From positions 15,133 to 79,132 of the forward strand of contig CAVXUV010000021.1 in assembly GCA_963765095.1 (NCBI GenBank): 64,000 nucleotides of DNA. The letters run 5' to 3'. Origin of the DNA: an uncultured Alphaproteobacteria bacterium. Lineage in GTDB: Bacteria; Pseudomonadota; Alphaproteobacteria; Micropepsales; Micropepsaceae. The position numbers were made by a program, and so were the translations under genes. Under the pieces are notes generated by a model. The model worked only from the letters and a program-made list of their open reading frames with translations, did no database searches and was not told the DNA's origin. Shown here piece after piece: positions 35,743 to 50,304 of this stretch; within the stretch, counting starts at the first letter, position 1; every line of letters begins with the position of its first letter.

Positions 35743-36516
35743 ATGCAAAAGGGCGTGAACTGGATCGGCCTTTACACCATGGTGCGGCGGGAAGTGTCGC
35801 GCATGTCGCGCGTGCCCATCCAGGCTTTTGTCGCGCCCTGGATCTCGGCGCTGCTTTTCATCTTCATCTTCGGCTCGGTGGTGGGCGGGCGCATCTCCCA
35901 GATTGGCGGGCATAAATACCTGGAATTCGTGCTGCCGGGCATCCTGATGATGAACATCATCAACGCCGCCTTCCTGCAGTCTTCGACCGCGATCTATTTC
36001 GCCCGCTTCATCAAATTCGTGGAAGAAATGCTGGTGGCGCCGCTCTCCTACGCGGAGATGATCGTGGGCAGCCTCAGCGTGGTGGTACTGCGCGCCACCG
36101 TGACCGGCATCGGCATTCTTCTGATGGGCATCGGCTTTGGCGCCACCCACATCGAATCCTGGCCCCTGTTCATCTTCTGGGTGGTGGCGGTTTCTACCGT
36201 GTTCGGTTTCCTGGGGCTGATCGTGGGCCTCTGGTCCAAGAGTTTCGAGCAACTTTCCATGCCGGTGGTGTTCTTTCTCACACCGCTGTCGATGGTGGGC
36301 GGCGTGTTCAATACGGTGCAGATGCTGCCGTCCTGGCTCCGCTGGCTGGCCTGGGCCAATCCGTTCTTCTATTTCATCAACGGCATTCGCGGCGCCATGA
36401 TCGGCTTCGATGAAACCCCGCCGGGCCTAGGCGAGGGTTTGACCGTGGCGCTTATCGCGGTGCTGGGCTTGTTCGTGTGGCGGCTCTATTCCAGGGGCTA
36501 CGGTCTGCGCGAATAG
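35743..36516 (+). CDS. ABC-2 permease (YadH-like)
   Basis: WIGLYTMVRREV; YLEFVLPG; NPFFYFING.R; GYGLRE. Confidence 0.93.
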   Translation: MQKGVNWIGLYTMVRREVSRMSRVPIQAFVAPWISALLFIFIFGSVVGGRISQIGGHKYLEFVLPGILMMNIINAAFLQSSTAIYFARFIKFVEEMLVAPLSYAEMIVGSLSVVVLRATVTGIGILLMGIGFGATHIESWPLFIFWVVAVSTVFGFLGLIVGLWSKSFEQLSMPVVFFLTPLSMVGGVFNTVQMLPSWLRWLAWANPFFYFINGIRGAMIGFDETPPGLGEGLTVALIAVLGLFVWRLYSRGYGLRE

Positions 36517-36626
36517 TCTGGCGGGGGCTTAGGCGCCTGGGCTATTCTGGCCGTAACCGGCGCAAAGCCCATGAAATCGCCTGATTTTGGCCCCATAGAG
36601 TGGCCGCACCGCAAGCTGGAGCATTC

Positions 36627-37151
36627 ATGATTCGTCACCTGTTGCTGGGTTCCCTTTTTGCCGCCGGGCTGGCCGCGCCTTCTTTGGCCGCCGACAACGC
36701 CGATCTTCTGGGCGCGTTCGGGAATTGGACGGCTTATTCTTCGGGAACCGGCGACAGCATGACTTGCTTTGCCATGTCCAAGCCCCGCGCCACCGAGCCC
36801 AAGAAGGGCCTGAAGCGGGGCGCGATCTATTTGATCGTCACCGACTATCCCGCGCGCAAAATGAAGGCGGAACCCGAAATTGTTCCCGGCTATGAATTCA
36901 AGGAAGGCGCGCCGGTGACGTTGGAGATTGGCGAAGACCGCTTTGCCTTTTTCGCCCGCAACGAGGCCAAAAGCGGCACCGCCTGGCTCGCGGCGCTGGG
37001 CGATAATCCCCGCCTGATCGATGTGATGAGCAAGGGCGTGTCCGCGGTGGTCATCGGGACGCCGTTGCGCGGCGCCAAATCCATAGACACCTATTCCCTG
37101 ACCGGATTCAATGACGCCCTCGCCAAGATCCATGCCGTCTGCAAAATGTAA
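36627..37151 (+). CDS. Invasion-associated locus B (IalB) family protein
   Basis: Signal peptide; FGNWTAY...CFAMSKP; [13 protein letters not shown]...C; usual position upstream of rlmN. Confidence 0.85.
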   Translation: MIRHLLLGSLFAAGLAAPSLAADNADLLGAFGNWTAYSSGTGDSMTCFAMSKPRATEPKKGLKRGAIYLIVTDYPARKMKAEPEIVPGYEFKEGAPVTLEIGEDRFAFFARNEAKSGTAWLAALGDNPRLIDVMSKGVSAVVIGTPLRGAKSIDTYSLTGFNDALAKIHAVCKM

Positions 37152-38280
37152 ATCCCTGATCGGGTTGTCGCCGGCGGAGTTGTCGGCGGCGCTGATCGAA
37201 GCCGGCGTGCCGGAAAAACCGGCGCGCATGCGCACGCGCCAATTGTGGAACTGGACTTATGTCCATGGCGCGCGCGACTTTGCCGGCATGAGCAATCTCG
37301 CCAAGGATTTCCGCGACCAGATGGCCGGGAAATTCACCTTGGCGCGGCCGGAGATCGTCACCGAACAGATTTCCACCGACGGGACGCGCAAATGGCTGCT
37401 CAAGACCGGTCCCGGGATCGAATTCGAGACCGTCTATATCCCCGAAGCCGACCGCGGCACGCTCTGCGTCTCGTCGCAAGTGGGCTGCACGCTCAATTGC
37501 CGCTTCTGCCACACCGGCACTCAGAAGCTGGTGCGCAATCTCACGCCCGACGAGATCGTGGGCCAGTTGCTGGTGGCGCGGGATTCGCTGGGCGATTGGC
37601 CGTCCACCGCGCCGGGGCGCAAGGTCACGAACGTCGTGATGATGGGGATGGGCGAGCCGCTCTACAATTTCGACAATGTGAAGGCGGCGCTGGCCATCGT
37701 CACTGATGGCGACGGCTTGGCGCTGTCCAAGCGCCGGGTGACGCTCTCGACCGCAGGCGTGGTGCCGATGATCCAGCGCGCCGGGGCGGAAATCGGCGCC
37801 GGCCTGGCGATTTCGCTGCATGCCGTGAATGACGAATTGCGCGACGTGATCGTGCCCATCAACAAGAAATACCCGCTCCAGGATCTGATGGCGGCTGTGC
37901 GCACCTACCCCGGCGCGTCGAATTCCCGCCGCGTCACCTTCGAATATGTGATGCTCAAAGGCGTCAATGACAGCCTGGCCGAGGCGCGCGAGCTGGTGCG
38001 GCTGGTGGCGGGCATTCCCGCCAAGATCAATCTCATTCCGTTCAATCCCTGGCCGGGCGCGCCGTATGAATGCTCGGACTGGAGCCAGATCGAAAAATTC
38101 GCCGAGATCGTCAACAAGGCGGGCTATGCCAGCCCGGTCAGGACCCCGCGCGGCCGCGACATCATGGCGGCGTGCGGCCAGCTCAAATCCGAGAGCGTCA
38201 AGGAACGCGCCTCGGCCCGTCTGGCGGCGGAGAAGTTGGCCAAGGTCCAGTCGGACCACTTGGCACGAATGCCCAATTGA
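37132..38280 (+). CDS. rlmN: Dual-specificity rRNA/tRNA m2A methyltransferase (start uncertain)
   Basis: [19 protein letters not shown] radical-SAM motif; MGMGEP; DIMAACGQL. Confidence 0.96.
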   Translation: MPSAKCKSLIGLSPAELSAALIEAGVPEKPARMRTRQLWNWTYVHGARDFAGMSNLAKDFRDQMAGKFTLARPEIVTEQISTDGTRKWLLKTGPGIEFETVYIPEADRGTLCVSSQVGCTLNCRFCHTGTQKLVRNLTPDEIVGQLLVARDSLGDWPSTAPGRKVTNVVMMGMGEPLYNFDNVKAALAIVTDGDGLALSKRRVTLSTAGVVPMIQRAGAEIGAGLAISLHAVNDELRDVIVPINKKYPLQDLMAAVRTYPGASNSRRVTFEYVMLKGVNDSLAEARELVRLVAGIPAKINLIPFNPWPGAPYECSDWSQIEKFAEIVNKAGYASPVRTPRGRDIMAACGQLKSESVKERASARLAAEKLAKVQSDHLARMPN

Positions 38281-38357
38281 TGCAGGTCTGGCTTTCCGCC
38301 AGAACGCTGGATTTTCGGGCCTAAATCCCTATAGTCCCGGCGCTTCGAGGGATCCCC

Positions 38358-39598
<1,241 letters not shown>

Positions 39599-39602
<4 letters not shown>

Positions 39603-40441
39603 GCACCATGAATTTGAACCAGGCCCAGATCGATTTTTGGAATGGGCCCACCGGCCAGAAATGGGCCAAGCATCAGACCGACATGGACCGCAATCTGTCG
39701 GATGTCGGCGCGGCCAGTCTGGCCTTGGCGGATGCACGGCCCGGCGAGCGGGCGCTGGATATCGGCTGCGGCAATGGCTCGACCAGTTTCGCGCTGCTCG
39801 AAGCCGTGGGTCCGTCCGGCGACGTGACGGGCGTGGACGTCTCCCAGCCCATGTTGGCGCAGGCCCGCGCGCGCATCACCCAACCCAATATCCGTTTCAT
39901 CGAAGCCGATGCCGCCGCTTATAATTTTGCGCCGGATCGCGACCTGATCTTTTCTCGCTTCGGCGTGATGTTCTTCGTCGAGCCCGCAACCGCCTTCGCC
40001 AATATCCGCAAGGCGGCGGCCAACGGCGGAAGGCTCGCCTTCGTCGCCTGGCGCAAGGTGGAAGAAAATGAATGGGCAATGCGGCCTTACCGCGCCGCGC
40101 TGCCTTTTCTGCCGGAACAGAAAGCCGTCGATCCCAATGCGCCGGGGCCGTTCGCCTTCGCCGACCGCGAGCGCACGCGCGGCATCCTGGCGGAAGCCGG
40201 CTTCCGCGATATCGTGATCGAACCATTCAATGGCCATATGCGGCTGGGCACGTCGCCGGAGCATGCCGCGTTGCAGCTCACCTCGCTGATGGGCCCGGCT
40301 TCACGCGCCCTCAAGAATGTGGACGAGGAGATCCGCGCCAAGGCGCAAGCAGCCATTGCCAAGGACATGGCGGTGTTCCAGGGCAGCGCACCCGAAATCG
40401 CGCCCGGCACCGCCTGCTGGCTGGTTACAGCCCGCGCCTAG
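39599..40441 (+). CDS. Class I SAM-dependent methyltransferase
   Basis: ALDIGCGNG; SRFGVMFF; PGPFAFAD. Confidence 0.9.
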
Positions 40442-40544
40442 CCGAGCACGAGGATTTTTGCGGTGTGAGCAGGAGCGTCGGGCGGAGCGTGCATAGGGCA
40501 CGTGAGCACGCGCGACGAACTCACGACGCAAAAAGACCGCGCCC

Positions 40545-42963
<2,419 letters not shown>

Positions 42964-42998
42964 CTGGTTCGCAGGTACCGGACTAAACCTTCAGACAT

Positions 42999-43607
42999 TT
43001 ACTTCACCATGATCGCTATACCGGCGCCGGCCATCACCAGGCCTGCGCCTTTGTTCATGCGGCGGCGCGCCTTCACGCTCGCCACCAGAGTTTCGAGCCG
43101 CGAGGCCAGCGCCGCATATCCCATCGTCACCGCCGGGATCAGCACCAGGGTAGCGGCCACCAGTTCCAGATAACCCACCCAATTGAGGCTCTTGAGGTCG
43201 ATGGCGGTGGGTTGCAGCGCCACGAAAAAGGCGATTGCCTTGGGATTGGAAAGCGTAATCCCCATCTGGGTGAGAAACCCGCGGCTGGCGCTTTCGGGAA
43301 CGACGGTCATCTCTTCAGTGACCTTCGCCGTCCAGTATTTGTAGCCGAGGAAGAGCAGATACAAGCCCCCCGCGACCTTGATGACCACGAACATCGTGCC
43401 CATCGCCTTGGCCACCAGGGCCAGGCCAAAGGCTGAAAGCGTCATCAGGATCAGATCGCCCACCATGATCCCCAGGCAGGCGGGCACGGTCTTGCGGAAC
43501 CCCTGGCTCAAGGCACGGGCAATGATGGAGAAGATGCCGGGCCCCGGCGTGGCGATGGCGACTGCGTAGAGCAGGCAATAGAACAGGAAATTGTGCAGCG
43601 GGATCAT
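42999..43607 (-). CDS. LysE/RhtB family translocator
   Basis: ATPGP; KVAGGLYLLFLG; LSNPKAIAFF. Confidence 0.92.
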   Translation of the reverse strand: MIPLHNFLFYCLLYAVAIATPGPGIFSIIARALSQGFRKTVPACLGIMVGDLILMTLSAFGLALVAKAMGTMFVVIKVAGGLYLLFLGYKYWTAKVTEEMTVVPESASRGFLTQMGITLSNPKAIAFFVALQPTAIDLKSLNWVGYLELVAATLVLIPAVTMGYAALASRLETLVASVKARRRMNKGAGLVMAGAGIAIMVK

Positions 43608-44755
43608 GCGCCCGCCTCGCGGAAAAGTCCGTCGCGCACTTCGAAGATTTGCGCTTTGGCGTTTTCGAACAGCGAAAGATCGGTGCCCGTCATCCAGGCC
43701 TGGGCCTTGAGATCGGCGATCTCCTCGAACAAGGCGGCGCGGCGGATGAAATCCAGATGCGCCGCGATCTCGTCCAGCAGCAGGAGCGGCGCCAGCCCGT
43801 CGCGGACGCGGGTCAATTCGCGGGCGAAGGCCAGCATGATCGAAATCAGCAGCGCCTTCTGTTCGCCGGTGGAGCAATCCCGCGCGTCGGCGCGCTTCTG
43901 CACATGGCGGGCAAGAAGATCGGTCACGTGGGGTCCCACCAGGGTGCGGCCGCTTTCGGCGTCGCGGATGCGGCGTTTGGCCAACGCATCGCGCAACGCG
44001 TCCGCATCGGCGTAGATTTCGTCGGAAAGCGTGAGCGTGGCGGCGGGGAAGGCGCTCACCCGTTCGGCCAACACGCCATTCAGGCGTTCCACCGCGGCCT
44101 GGCGCGCTGTGGCCACCAACAGGCCCGCTTCCGCCATCTCGTTTTCCAGACCATCCAGCCATGCCGGATCGCGCGGGCCATACTTGAGCAATCGCGCCCG
44201 CTCGCGCATCGCGGTCTCATAGCGCGTGGCGGCGCGGGCGTGGGACGCGTCGAACCCCAGCACCAGCCGGTCCAGGAAACGCCGTCGTCCTGACGCGCTT
44301 TCGATGAAAAGCCGGTCCATCGCCGGGGTGAGCCAGACCATCTGCACGACTTCGCCCAATTCGGCCGAGCCCTTGGCTTCCACGCCGTTGAGGCGCACAT
44401 GTCTGCTAGCGGATTGTTCCGAAAGGCCCGTGCCGATTTCGTAATCGATCTCGCCCCGTTTCACCGTGGCCGACACCGCCCACAACGCATCGGACGGCGC
44501 CATGGGGCCTTTGCGGGTGTGCTCGGCCAACCTGGCGCCGCGCAGGCCCCGGCCGGGCGACAACAACGAGATCGCGTCCAGCAGATTGGTCTTTCCCGCA
44601 CCGTTGGGACCGGCCAGCACCACCGCCGCGCCGGCGGTGTTCAACTCCGCCCCGCCATAGGAACGGAAATTGGTCACGGCGAGCCGCGTCACCGCCAGCT
44701 TCGCCGGAAAGGCGGTCGGAACGCCGGAACGGCGTGTGTCGGGCGCGGCGGTCAA
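43604..44755 (-). CDS. recF: DNA replication/repair protein RecF
   Basis: NFRSY; GPNGAGKTNLLDAI; CSTGEQKALL; LLLDEIAAHLD. Confidence 0.97.
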   Translation of the reverse strand: MTAAPDTRRSGVPTAFPAKLAVTRLAVTNFRSYGGAELNTAGAAVVLAGPNGAGKTNLLDAISLLSPGRGLRGARLAEHTRKGPMAPSDALWAVSATVKRGEIDYEIGTGLSEQSASRHVRLNGVEAKGSAELGEVVQMVWLTPAMDRLFIESASGRRRFLDRLVLGFDASHARAATRYETAMRERARLLKYGPRDPAWLDGLENEMAEAGLLVATARQAAVERLNGVLAERVSAFPAATLTLSDEIYADADALRDALAKRRIRDAESGRTLVGPHVTDLLARHVQKRADARDCSTGEQKALLISIMLAFARELTRVRDGLAPLLLLDEIAAHLDFIRRAALFEEIADLKAQAWMTGTDLSLFENAKAQIFEVRDGLFREAGA

Positions 44756-44757
44756 TC

Positions 44758-45879
44758 TCAGACCCTGAGCGGCATGAGGACGTAAAGCGTGCGCGCGTCC
44801 TCCGCGTCTTCGATGATGGCGGGAGAGCCCGCGTCTGACAGCAGGAAGCGCACTTCCTTGCCTTCGATCTGGCCGGTGATGTCCAGCAGATAGCGCGCAT
44901 TAAAGCCGATCTCCAGCGCCTGGGCGCTATAGGTTGCGCCCACATCCTCGGTCGCGGTGCCGGATTCCGGATTGACCACCGAGAGCGTCACCTTGTCCTT
45001 GCCCACATTGAGCTTCACTGCGCGGGTCTTGTCGGCGGAGATGGTCGAGACGCGGTCCACGCTCTGGGAGAATTCCTTGGAGTCCAGCACCAGCACCTTG
45101 TCGTTGCCGGTGGGGATCACCCGCTCATAGGGCGGGAAATTGCCGTCGATCAGCTTGGAGGTGAGTTCCACGCCGTTGAAGCCGAACTGGATCTTGGTGT
45201 CCGACAGCGAGATTTCGATGGCGCCGTCGGCATCGTCCAGAAGCTTGCGCAGCTCCGCCACGGTCTTCCTGGGCACGATCACGCCCGGAATCTGGGCGGC
45301 GCCGTCGGGCAGCTCCAGCTCGTAGCGGGCGAGCCTATGGCCGTCGGTAGCCACCGCGCGCATCACTGCGGGCTTCGAGTCCTTGGCGGCATGGAGATAG
45401 ATGCCGTTGAGGTAATAGCGGGTCTCTTCCGTCGAGATGGCGAAACGGGTCTTGTCGATGATGCGCTTGAGGTCGTCCGCCGCCAGACGGAAGCGGTGGG
45501 GCAGTGCTCCCGCCGCCATCTGGGGGAAATCCTCCTTGGGCAGGCAGGCCAACTCGAAACGCGAGGAGCCGGCGGAGACCGCCAGCCGGCCGCCTTCGCT
45601 GGTCAAAAGCTCGACTTGCACCTGGGCGCCGTCGGGAAGCTTCCTCACAATGTCGTAGAGCATGTGGGCCGGGGCAGTGGCGAAGCCATTGCGGAGAATG
45701 TCGGCGGGAATGGATTCCACGATCTCGATGTCGAGATCGGTGGCGGTGAGTTTGAGCGCGCTCTTACCCGCCTCCAGCATCACATTGGAGAGAATGGGGA
45801 TGGTGTTCCGGCGCTCCACCACGCTCTGGACGTGGGAGAGAGCCTTCAAGAATGCGCCCCGTTCGACATTGATCTTCAT
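44758..45879 (-). CDS. dnaN: DNA polymerase III beta clamp
   Basis: VERRNTIPILSNV; VATDGHRLA; YVLMPLRV. Confidence 0.98.
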   Translation of the reverse strand: MKINVERGAFLKALSHVQSVVERRNTIPILSNVMLEAGKSALKLTATDLDIEIVESIPADILRNGFATAPAHMLYDIVRKLPDGAQVQVELLTSEGGRLAVSAGSSRFELACLPKEDFPQMAAGALPHRFRLAADDLKRIIDKTRFAISTEETRYYLNGIYLHAAKDSKPAVMRAVATDGHRLARYELELPDGAAQIPGVIVPRKTVAELRKLLDDADGAIEISLSDTKIQFGFNGVELTSKLIDGNFPPYERVIPTGNDKVLVLDSKEFSQSVDRVSTISADKTRAVKLNVGKDKVTLSVVNPESGTATEDVGATYSAQALEIGFNARYLLDITGQIEGKEVRFLLSDAGSPAIIEDAEDARTLYVLMPLRV

Positions 45880-46070
45880 CGGTCTGATTCCCGCTTCCTG
45901 ATGGAAGCGTCCCATCGCTGATAAAAGCCCCGTTTCCAGGCCACGGTTTTGCCCGCGCGAGTAATGCCCGGAAACCCCAATTTTCTTGTGTTTTGGAGCG
46001 GATGCTGGTCGCCTGAAGGCGGCCCCAAGACTTAAGTGGGAAACCATAGCAAAAGGGGGGCGAAAGGGCA

Positions 46071-46100
46071 AAAAAAACGCCGGCAGAACCGGCGTTTTTC
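46071..46100. terminator. Intrinsic terminator downstream of dnaA
   Basis: AAAAAAACGCCGG-CAGAA-CCGGCGTTTTT. Confidence 0.75.
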
Positions 46101-46140
46101 TGCCCGGAAATGGGGCTTTTTCGAGCCTTTTGGACGGGGT

Positions 46141-47577
46141 CTAGAGATCGCCCTTCCGCTGCAGCATCTGGGAGAGGAAATCCACCTCCTGGCGGAACAA
46201 GGGATCCTCGTCGATCAAGGCCTCGATGCGCCGGCAGGCGTGCAGCACCGTGGTGTGGTCGCGGCCGCCGAAGCGCCGGCCGATCTCGGGCAGAGAGCGG
46301 GTGGTCAGCTTGCGCGACAAATACATTGCCACCTGGCGGGGACGGGCCACACGGCGCGCGCGCTGGGGCGAATGGAAATCCTTGACGTCGAGCTTGTAGA
46401 ACTCAGCCGTCTTGCGCTGGATATCCTCGATCGAGGTTTTGATGCCGGGACCGCCGCGCAAGCCCACCGCTTCTTCGGCCGTCTCCAAGGTCACCGGTTT
46501 TTTGGTGAGATCGGCATAAGTGGCGAGCTTGGTGAAGACGCCGATCAATTCGCGCGGGCTGGCATCTTCCAGATCGGCGATGCGCTCCAGCACCGTGTCC
46601 GGCAGCACCACGTCGGGCTTGTGGCGGGCGAATTCCGCCGCCCGCGCCTTCAAGATGGAAAAGCGCGTGTCACGATCGGGCTTGTCGAGGGCGACGCAAA
46701 GCCCGCCCGCCAGGCGCGATTTTACGTCCGCGCCCAGTCCTTCCAGGCCTTGCGGCGCGCGGTCGGCGGCGATCACCACCCGGCGCCTCAGATCGGCAAA
46801 GGCGTTCACGGTATAGAGAAACTCCGATGCCGTGGCGGTGGAGCGGCAGATATGCTGCAGATCGTCGATGATCAGCACTTCGGCGGTGCGCAGTTCCTCT
46901 TTGAAGGCCAGCGTGTCCTTGCGGTAGAGCGCGCCCAGGAAGTGGCGCATGAAATCCTCGGCCCGAAGGAACAAGGTGCGCTTGCCGCGCTTGCGGAATT
47001 CCAGCGCCGCCGCGTTCAAGAGATGGGTTTTGCCGAAGCCGAACCCGCCATGGATGTAGAGCAGGGGGAAGTCGGCCTGCTGGCCTTCAGCAAAGGCGCG
47101 CGCTGCGCCATGGCCGAATTCATTGGCGGGTCCTGGAATGAAACTGTCGAAAGTCTGCTGGGGATGGAGCATGCGCGTCCAGAGTCCGCGCGCCCCTTCC
47201 TCCTGCTCGGCCCGCTGGGGCGGCGAGAGATAGGCGATGCTGGCCGAAGGCGGCGGCGGCATCGCATCGCGCATCACCCCGCCTCCCACCGACGGCGATG
47301 CCTGGGTAGAAATCACGATGGAAATCGAGGCCGGCTCCGCCCCCTCGGCGCGGAAGGCGCGCTCGATGCGGGCGACATAGTGGTTGGCCACCCAATTGCG
47401 CACAAAAGGCTTGGCGGCGCCGATCTTGAGTTCATCGCGCTCAAAGGACTCCAGGCTCAAGGGACCGATCCAGGCCTCGAACACCGGATCACCCAGCTCG
47501 CGCCGCATCCGGTCGCGCACCGCTGCCCATGCGTTTGACCAATCAGGCCGGCTCGACTTGCCCGTCAAATGTCCCAT
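46141..47577 (-). CDS. dnaA: Chromosomal replication initiator DnaA
   Basis: GGFGFGKTHLL; IDDLQ; RQVAMYL...SLPEIGRRFGGRDHTTVLHA. Confidence 0.97.
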   Translation of the reverse strand: MGHLTGKSSRPDWSNAWAAVRDRMRRELGDPVFEAWIGPLSLESFERDELKIGAAKPFVRNWVANHYVARIERAFRAEGAEPASISIVISTQASPSVGGGVMRDAMPPPPSASIAYLSPPQRAEQEEGARGLWTRMLHPQQTFDSFIPGPANEFGHGAARAFAEGQQADFPLLYIHGGFGFGKTHLLNAAALEFRKRGKRTLFLRAEDFMRHFLGALYRKDTLAFKEELRTAEVLIIDDLQHICRSTATASEFLYTVNAFADLRRRVVIAADRAPQGLEGLGADVKSRLAGGLCVALDKPDRDTRFSILKARAAEFARHKPDVVLPDTVLERIADLEDASPRELIGVFTKLATYADLTKKPVTLETAEEAVGLRGGPGIKTSIEDIQRKTAEFYKLDVKDFHSPQRARRVARPRQVAMYLSRKLTTRSLPEIGRRFGGRDHTTVLHACRRIEALIDEDPLFRQEVDFLSQMLQRKGDL

Positions 47578-47699
47578 GCTCTCATACCCGTCTTGTTGTG
47601 CGCCGCGCGTAAAGCCGCGCGCCTGCCCGAGCTTTCAAAGCTCTTTCACTTTTGATGCGCCTTAAGGCGCTTTTTTCCCTCGTCGCATGTCCCGCCCCC

Positions 47700-48146
47700 T
47701 TATGATTGCCGCCAGGGAAGGCCAACCGCCTTCCAGCCATCGATCGCCCCCCGATGTCCGTCGGGATCGATCGCGCCTTCAAATCCGCTCGCGATGTTGT
47801 AGGCCCCGCTATAACCCGCGCGCGTCATCGCCATGGCCGCCGCGCGCGAGCGCGCGCCCGAGCGGCAGAGAAACACCACCGGCACGGAAAGGTCCGCGCC
47901 TGCTTCGCTCAGCGCCTGGATGGCGTCGGGCACGAAATTCGGATTGGGCTGCATGCTGGGATACGACTGCCACTCGATCCGGTGCACGCGGCGGTTCAGG
48001 CTGGACAGATCCGGCAGTCCGACAAAGTTCCATTCCGGAACTGTGCGGACGTCGATCAATTGCGCCTTAGGATCGCCGGCCAGCAGCGACCATGCTTCTT
48101 GGGCGCTGAGATCACCGGCATATTCTGGGGAGGGGGAAGCAGACAT
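47700..48146 (-). CDS. Rhodanese-like domain protein
   Basis: LIDVRT.PEW; FLCRSGARS active-site loop; GFEG...GWK..GLPW. Confidence 0.93.
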   Translation of the reverse strand: MSASPSPEYAGDLSAQEAWSLLAGDPKAQLIDVRTVPEWNFVGLPDLSSLNRRVHRIEWQSYPSMQPNPNFVPDAIQALSEAGADLSVPVVFLCRSGARSRAAAMAMTRAGYSGAYNIASGFEGAIDPDGHRGAIDGWKAVGLPWRQS

Positions 48147-48556
48147 CGCTGGCGCCTGGTGAAAATTCGAGCATTGCCGGGGTCATCGCCCAGCATAAAA
48201 GGTTCACAATTTCAAGAATTCAGCGCGGTCTAGTCGGCAGTTCAGCGTCCGAACTGTTATCAGAGTTGTCGAATATTATGTCTATATTTGTTCTATACTT
48301 CGACATTTCTTGGTACCCGCCCGACCGTTAGGAAAGATACGCTCAGGTCGGCCGCCCACACAAGAGGAATGAAACTGGAACAAAGACTGATTCGTCAAAA
48401 TTTTTCAGTTTTGCAAATCCGGCTAAATGATTGTGCCGTATACGGAAAAACTGCGTACGGCAGCGAAGTCTGGCGAATCAGACACTTAGCCGCTTCGGCG
48501 GGTGAATGTTGCATCGCCAAAACGTCACATTCAGCGAATGTCAGCCTACTGACAAT

Positions 48557-48590
48557 AAAAAAGGCCCGATTTCTGGGCTCGGGCCTCTTC
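48557..48590 (-). terminator. Terminator downstream of rpsT
   Basis: AAAAAAGGCCCGA...TCGGGCCT; the U-tract is on the minus strand. Confidence 0.7.
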
Positions 48591-48638
48591 TAGACTTGGC
48601 TGTTACTGAGGATTCCGGAATGATTCCAGCCGCTTCGG

Positions 48639-48905
48639 TTATTTTTGCAGTTTTGCGACTTTTTGGGTCAGGCGGGAGACTTTCCGCGAACCGGTATTCC
48701 GATGCAGCACGCCCTTGGAAACGCCCCGCATGATCTCGGGTTCGGCCGCTTTCAGGGCCTTGAGCGCGGCGGTCTTGTCGCCCTTGGCGATGGCCTCTTC
48801 CACTTTGCGGATGAAGCCGCGGATGCGGGTCTTGCGCGAGGTGTTGATCGCGGCGCGCTTGGCGGTGGTGCGGACGCGCTTGCGGGAAGAAGCAATATTG
48901 GGCAT
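48639..48905 (-). CDS. rpsT: 30S ribosomal protein S20
   Basis: [12 protein letters not shown]...[16 protein letters not shown]. Confidence 0.96.
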   Translation of the reverse strand: MPNIASSRKRVRTTAKRAAINTSRKTRIRGFIRKVEEAIAKGDKTAALKALKAAEPEIMRGVSKGVLHRNTGSRKVSRLTQKVAKLQK

Positions 48906-48997
48906 GGGCCTTCCTAGGGTCTTGAAAAGAGGCGGGCCTATAGCGTTTTGCGGGCCCCCCGTCAAATCACAGCAGGGGGCGAAAAGGAGGCGAGACG

Positions 48998-49363
48998 ATG
49001 ACGGGCAAAATCAATCTGGCAGAGAAATTCGGCCTCTTCCGTGACCATTGGCGGCCCAAAGTGATCGCCTCGCTGAACGGCCAGGACATCAAGCTGATCA
49101 AGGTCCGCGGCGAATTCCCCTGGCACGTGCATGAAGGGGAAGACGAGTTCTTCCTGGTCTGGAAGGGCCGGTTCCGGGTCGAATTCCGCGATCGCATCGT
49201 TACCATGAATTCGGGCGAATGCGTGGTGGTGCCGCGCGGGGTCGAGCACCGCACCTGCGCCGAGGAGGAAGCAGAAATCCTCTGCTTCGAGCCCCAGGGC
49301 GTCGTGAATACGGGCAATGTGACCGACGCGGATTTCACCGCCCCCCAGGATGTGCGGATCTGA
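48998..49363 (+). CDS. Cupin domain protein
   Basis: [17 protein letters not shown]...VVPRGVEH. Confidence 0.93.
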   Translation: MTGKINLAEKFGLFRDHWRPKVIASLNGQDIKLIKVRGEFPWHVHEGEDEFFLVWKGRFRVEFRDRIVTMNSGECVVVPRGVEHRTCAEEEAEILCFEPQGVVNTGNVTDADFTAPQDVRI

Positions 49364-49369
49364 AGGCGT

Positions 49370-50245
49370 CTATTTCTGGCAGGCGGGGCAATAGAAGCTC
49401 GAACGGCCACTCTGGACGATGCGCTTCATGGTGCCCTTGCAACTCTTGGCGCGGCAGCTTTTGCCCTCCCGGCCATAGACACGGAAACGGTGCTGGAATG
49501 AGCCGGGATCGCCGGTGGCCTGGGCGTGGTCGCGCAAGGTCGAACCGCCCGCTTCGATCGCGTCCTTCAGCACGCTCTTGATCGCCTTCACCAGTGCGGC
49601 GATCTCATCTTTTTTGACCGCGCCTGCCAGGCGTTTGGGCGAGATATGGGCCATGAACAAAGCCTCGCAGACATAGATGTTGCCCAGCCCCGCCACCACC
49701 CGCTGGTCCAGCAGCGCCGCCTTGATAGAGGTCTTTTTGCCCTCCAGCGCTTTCGCCAGATGGCGCGCGTTGAACCCGGATGACAAAGGCTCGATGCCGA
49801 TGTCCTTGAACAGCTTGTCGTGATCGAGCGTATCCGTCTGCACCAGGGTCATCAGCCCGAAACGGCGATGATCGTTGAACACGATCTTGGCCGGGGCATC
49901 GGTTTCGATCACCACATGATCATGCTTGCCGTGACCTGCGCCGGGTGGGGCAGGGTTATAGACATAATCGCCCAGCCGCTTTTGCTTGCCCTCGGCATAG
50001 ACGCTGATCCTCCCCGACATGCCCAGATGGATCACCAGGCTTTCGCCGTTATCGAGCTCGGCCAGAATATATTTGGCGCGCCGGGTGAGGCGTAAGACTT
50101 TGCGGCCGGTCAGCCGCTCGGCGAAACGGGGCGGGAAGGGCAGGCGCAGATCACCCCGGCGGGTTTGGGCCTTGAGGATGGTGCGGCCTTCCAGCGCGGG
50201 TTCCAGCCCCAGGCGCACGGTCTCGACCTCAGGTAATTCCGGCAT
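49370..50245 (-). CDS. mutM: Formamidopyrimidine-DNA glycosylase
   Basis: MPELPEVET; HLGMSG; [11 protein letters not shown]; C-terminal zinc finger. Confidence 0.98.
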   Translation of the reverse strand: MPELPEVETVRLGLEPALEGRTILKAQTRRGDLRLPFPPRFAERLTGRKVLRLTRRAKYILAELDNGESLVIHLGMSGRISVYAEGKQKRLGDYVYNPAPPGAGHGKHDHVVIETDAPAKIVFNDHRRFGLMTLVQTDTLDHDKLFKDIGIEPLSSGFNARHLAKALEGKKTSIKAALLDQRVVAGLGNIYVCEALFMAHISPKRLAGAVKKDEIAALVKAIKSVLKDAIEAGGSTLRDHAQATGDPGSFQHRFRVYGREGKSCRAKSCKGTMKRIVQSGRSSFYCPACQK

Positions 50246-50304
50246 GCAATTCTCTTGTCATCCTGGGGCGGCCAAGGCAATGACCATGCTCTAGGATGGA
50301 GCTC

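Noticed and set aside
37111-37160. rlmN ORF starting inside ialB
   Set aside because: Short overlap with an ambiguous start; it could be an indel or ordinary coupling
45880-46140. Possible oriC between dnaA and dnaN
   Set aside because: No TTATCCACA-like boxes or AT-rich unwinding element seen; alphaproteobacterial origins usually lie elsewhere, often near hemE
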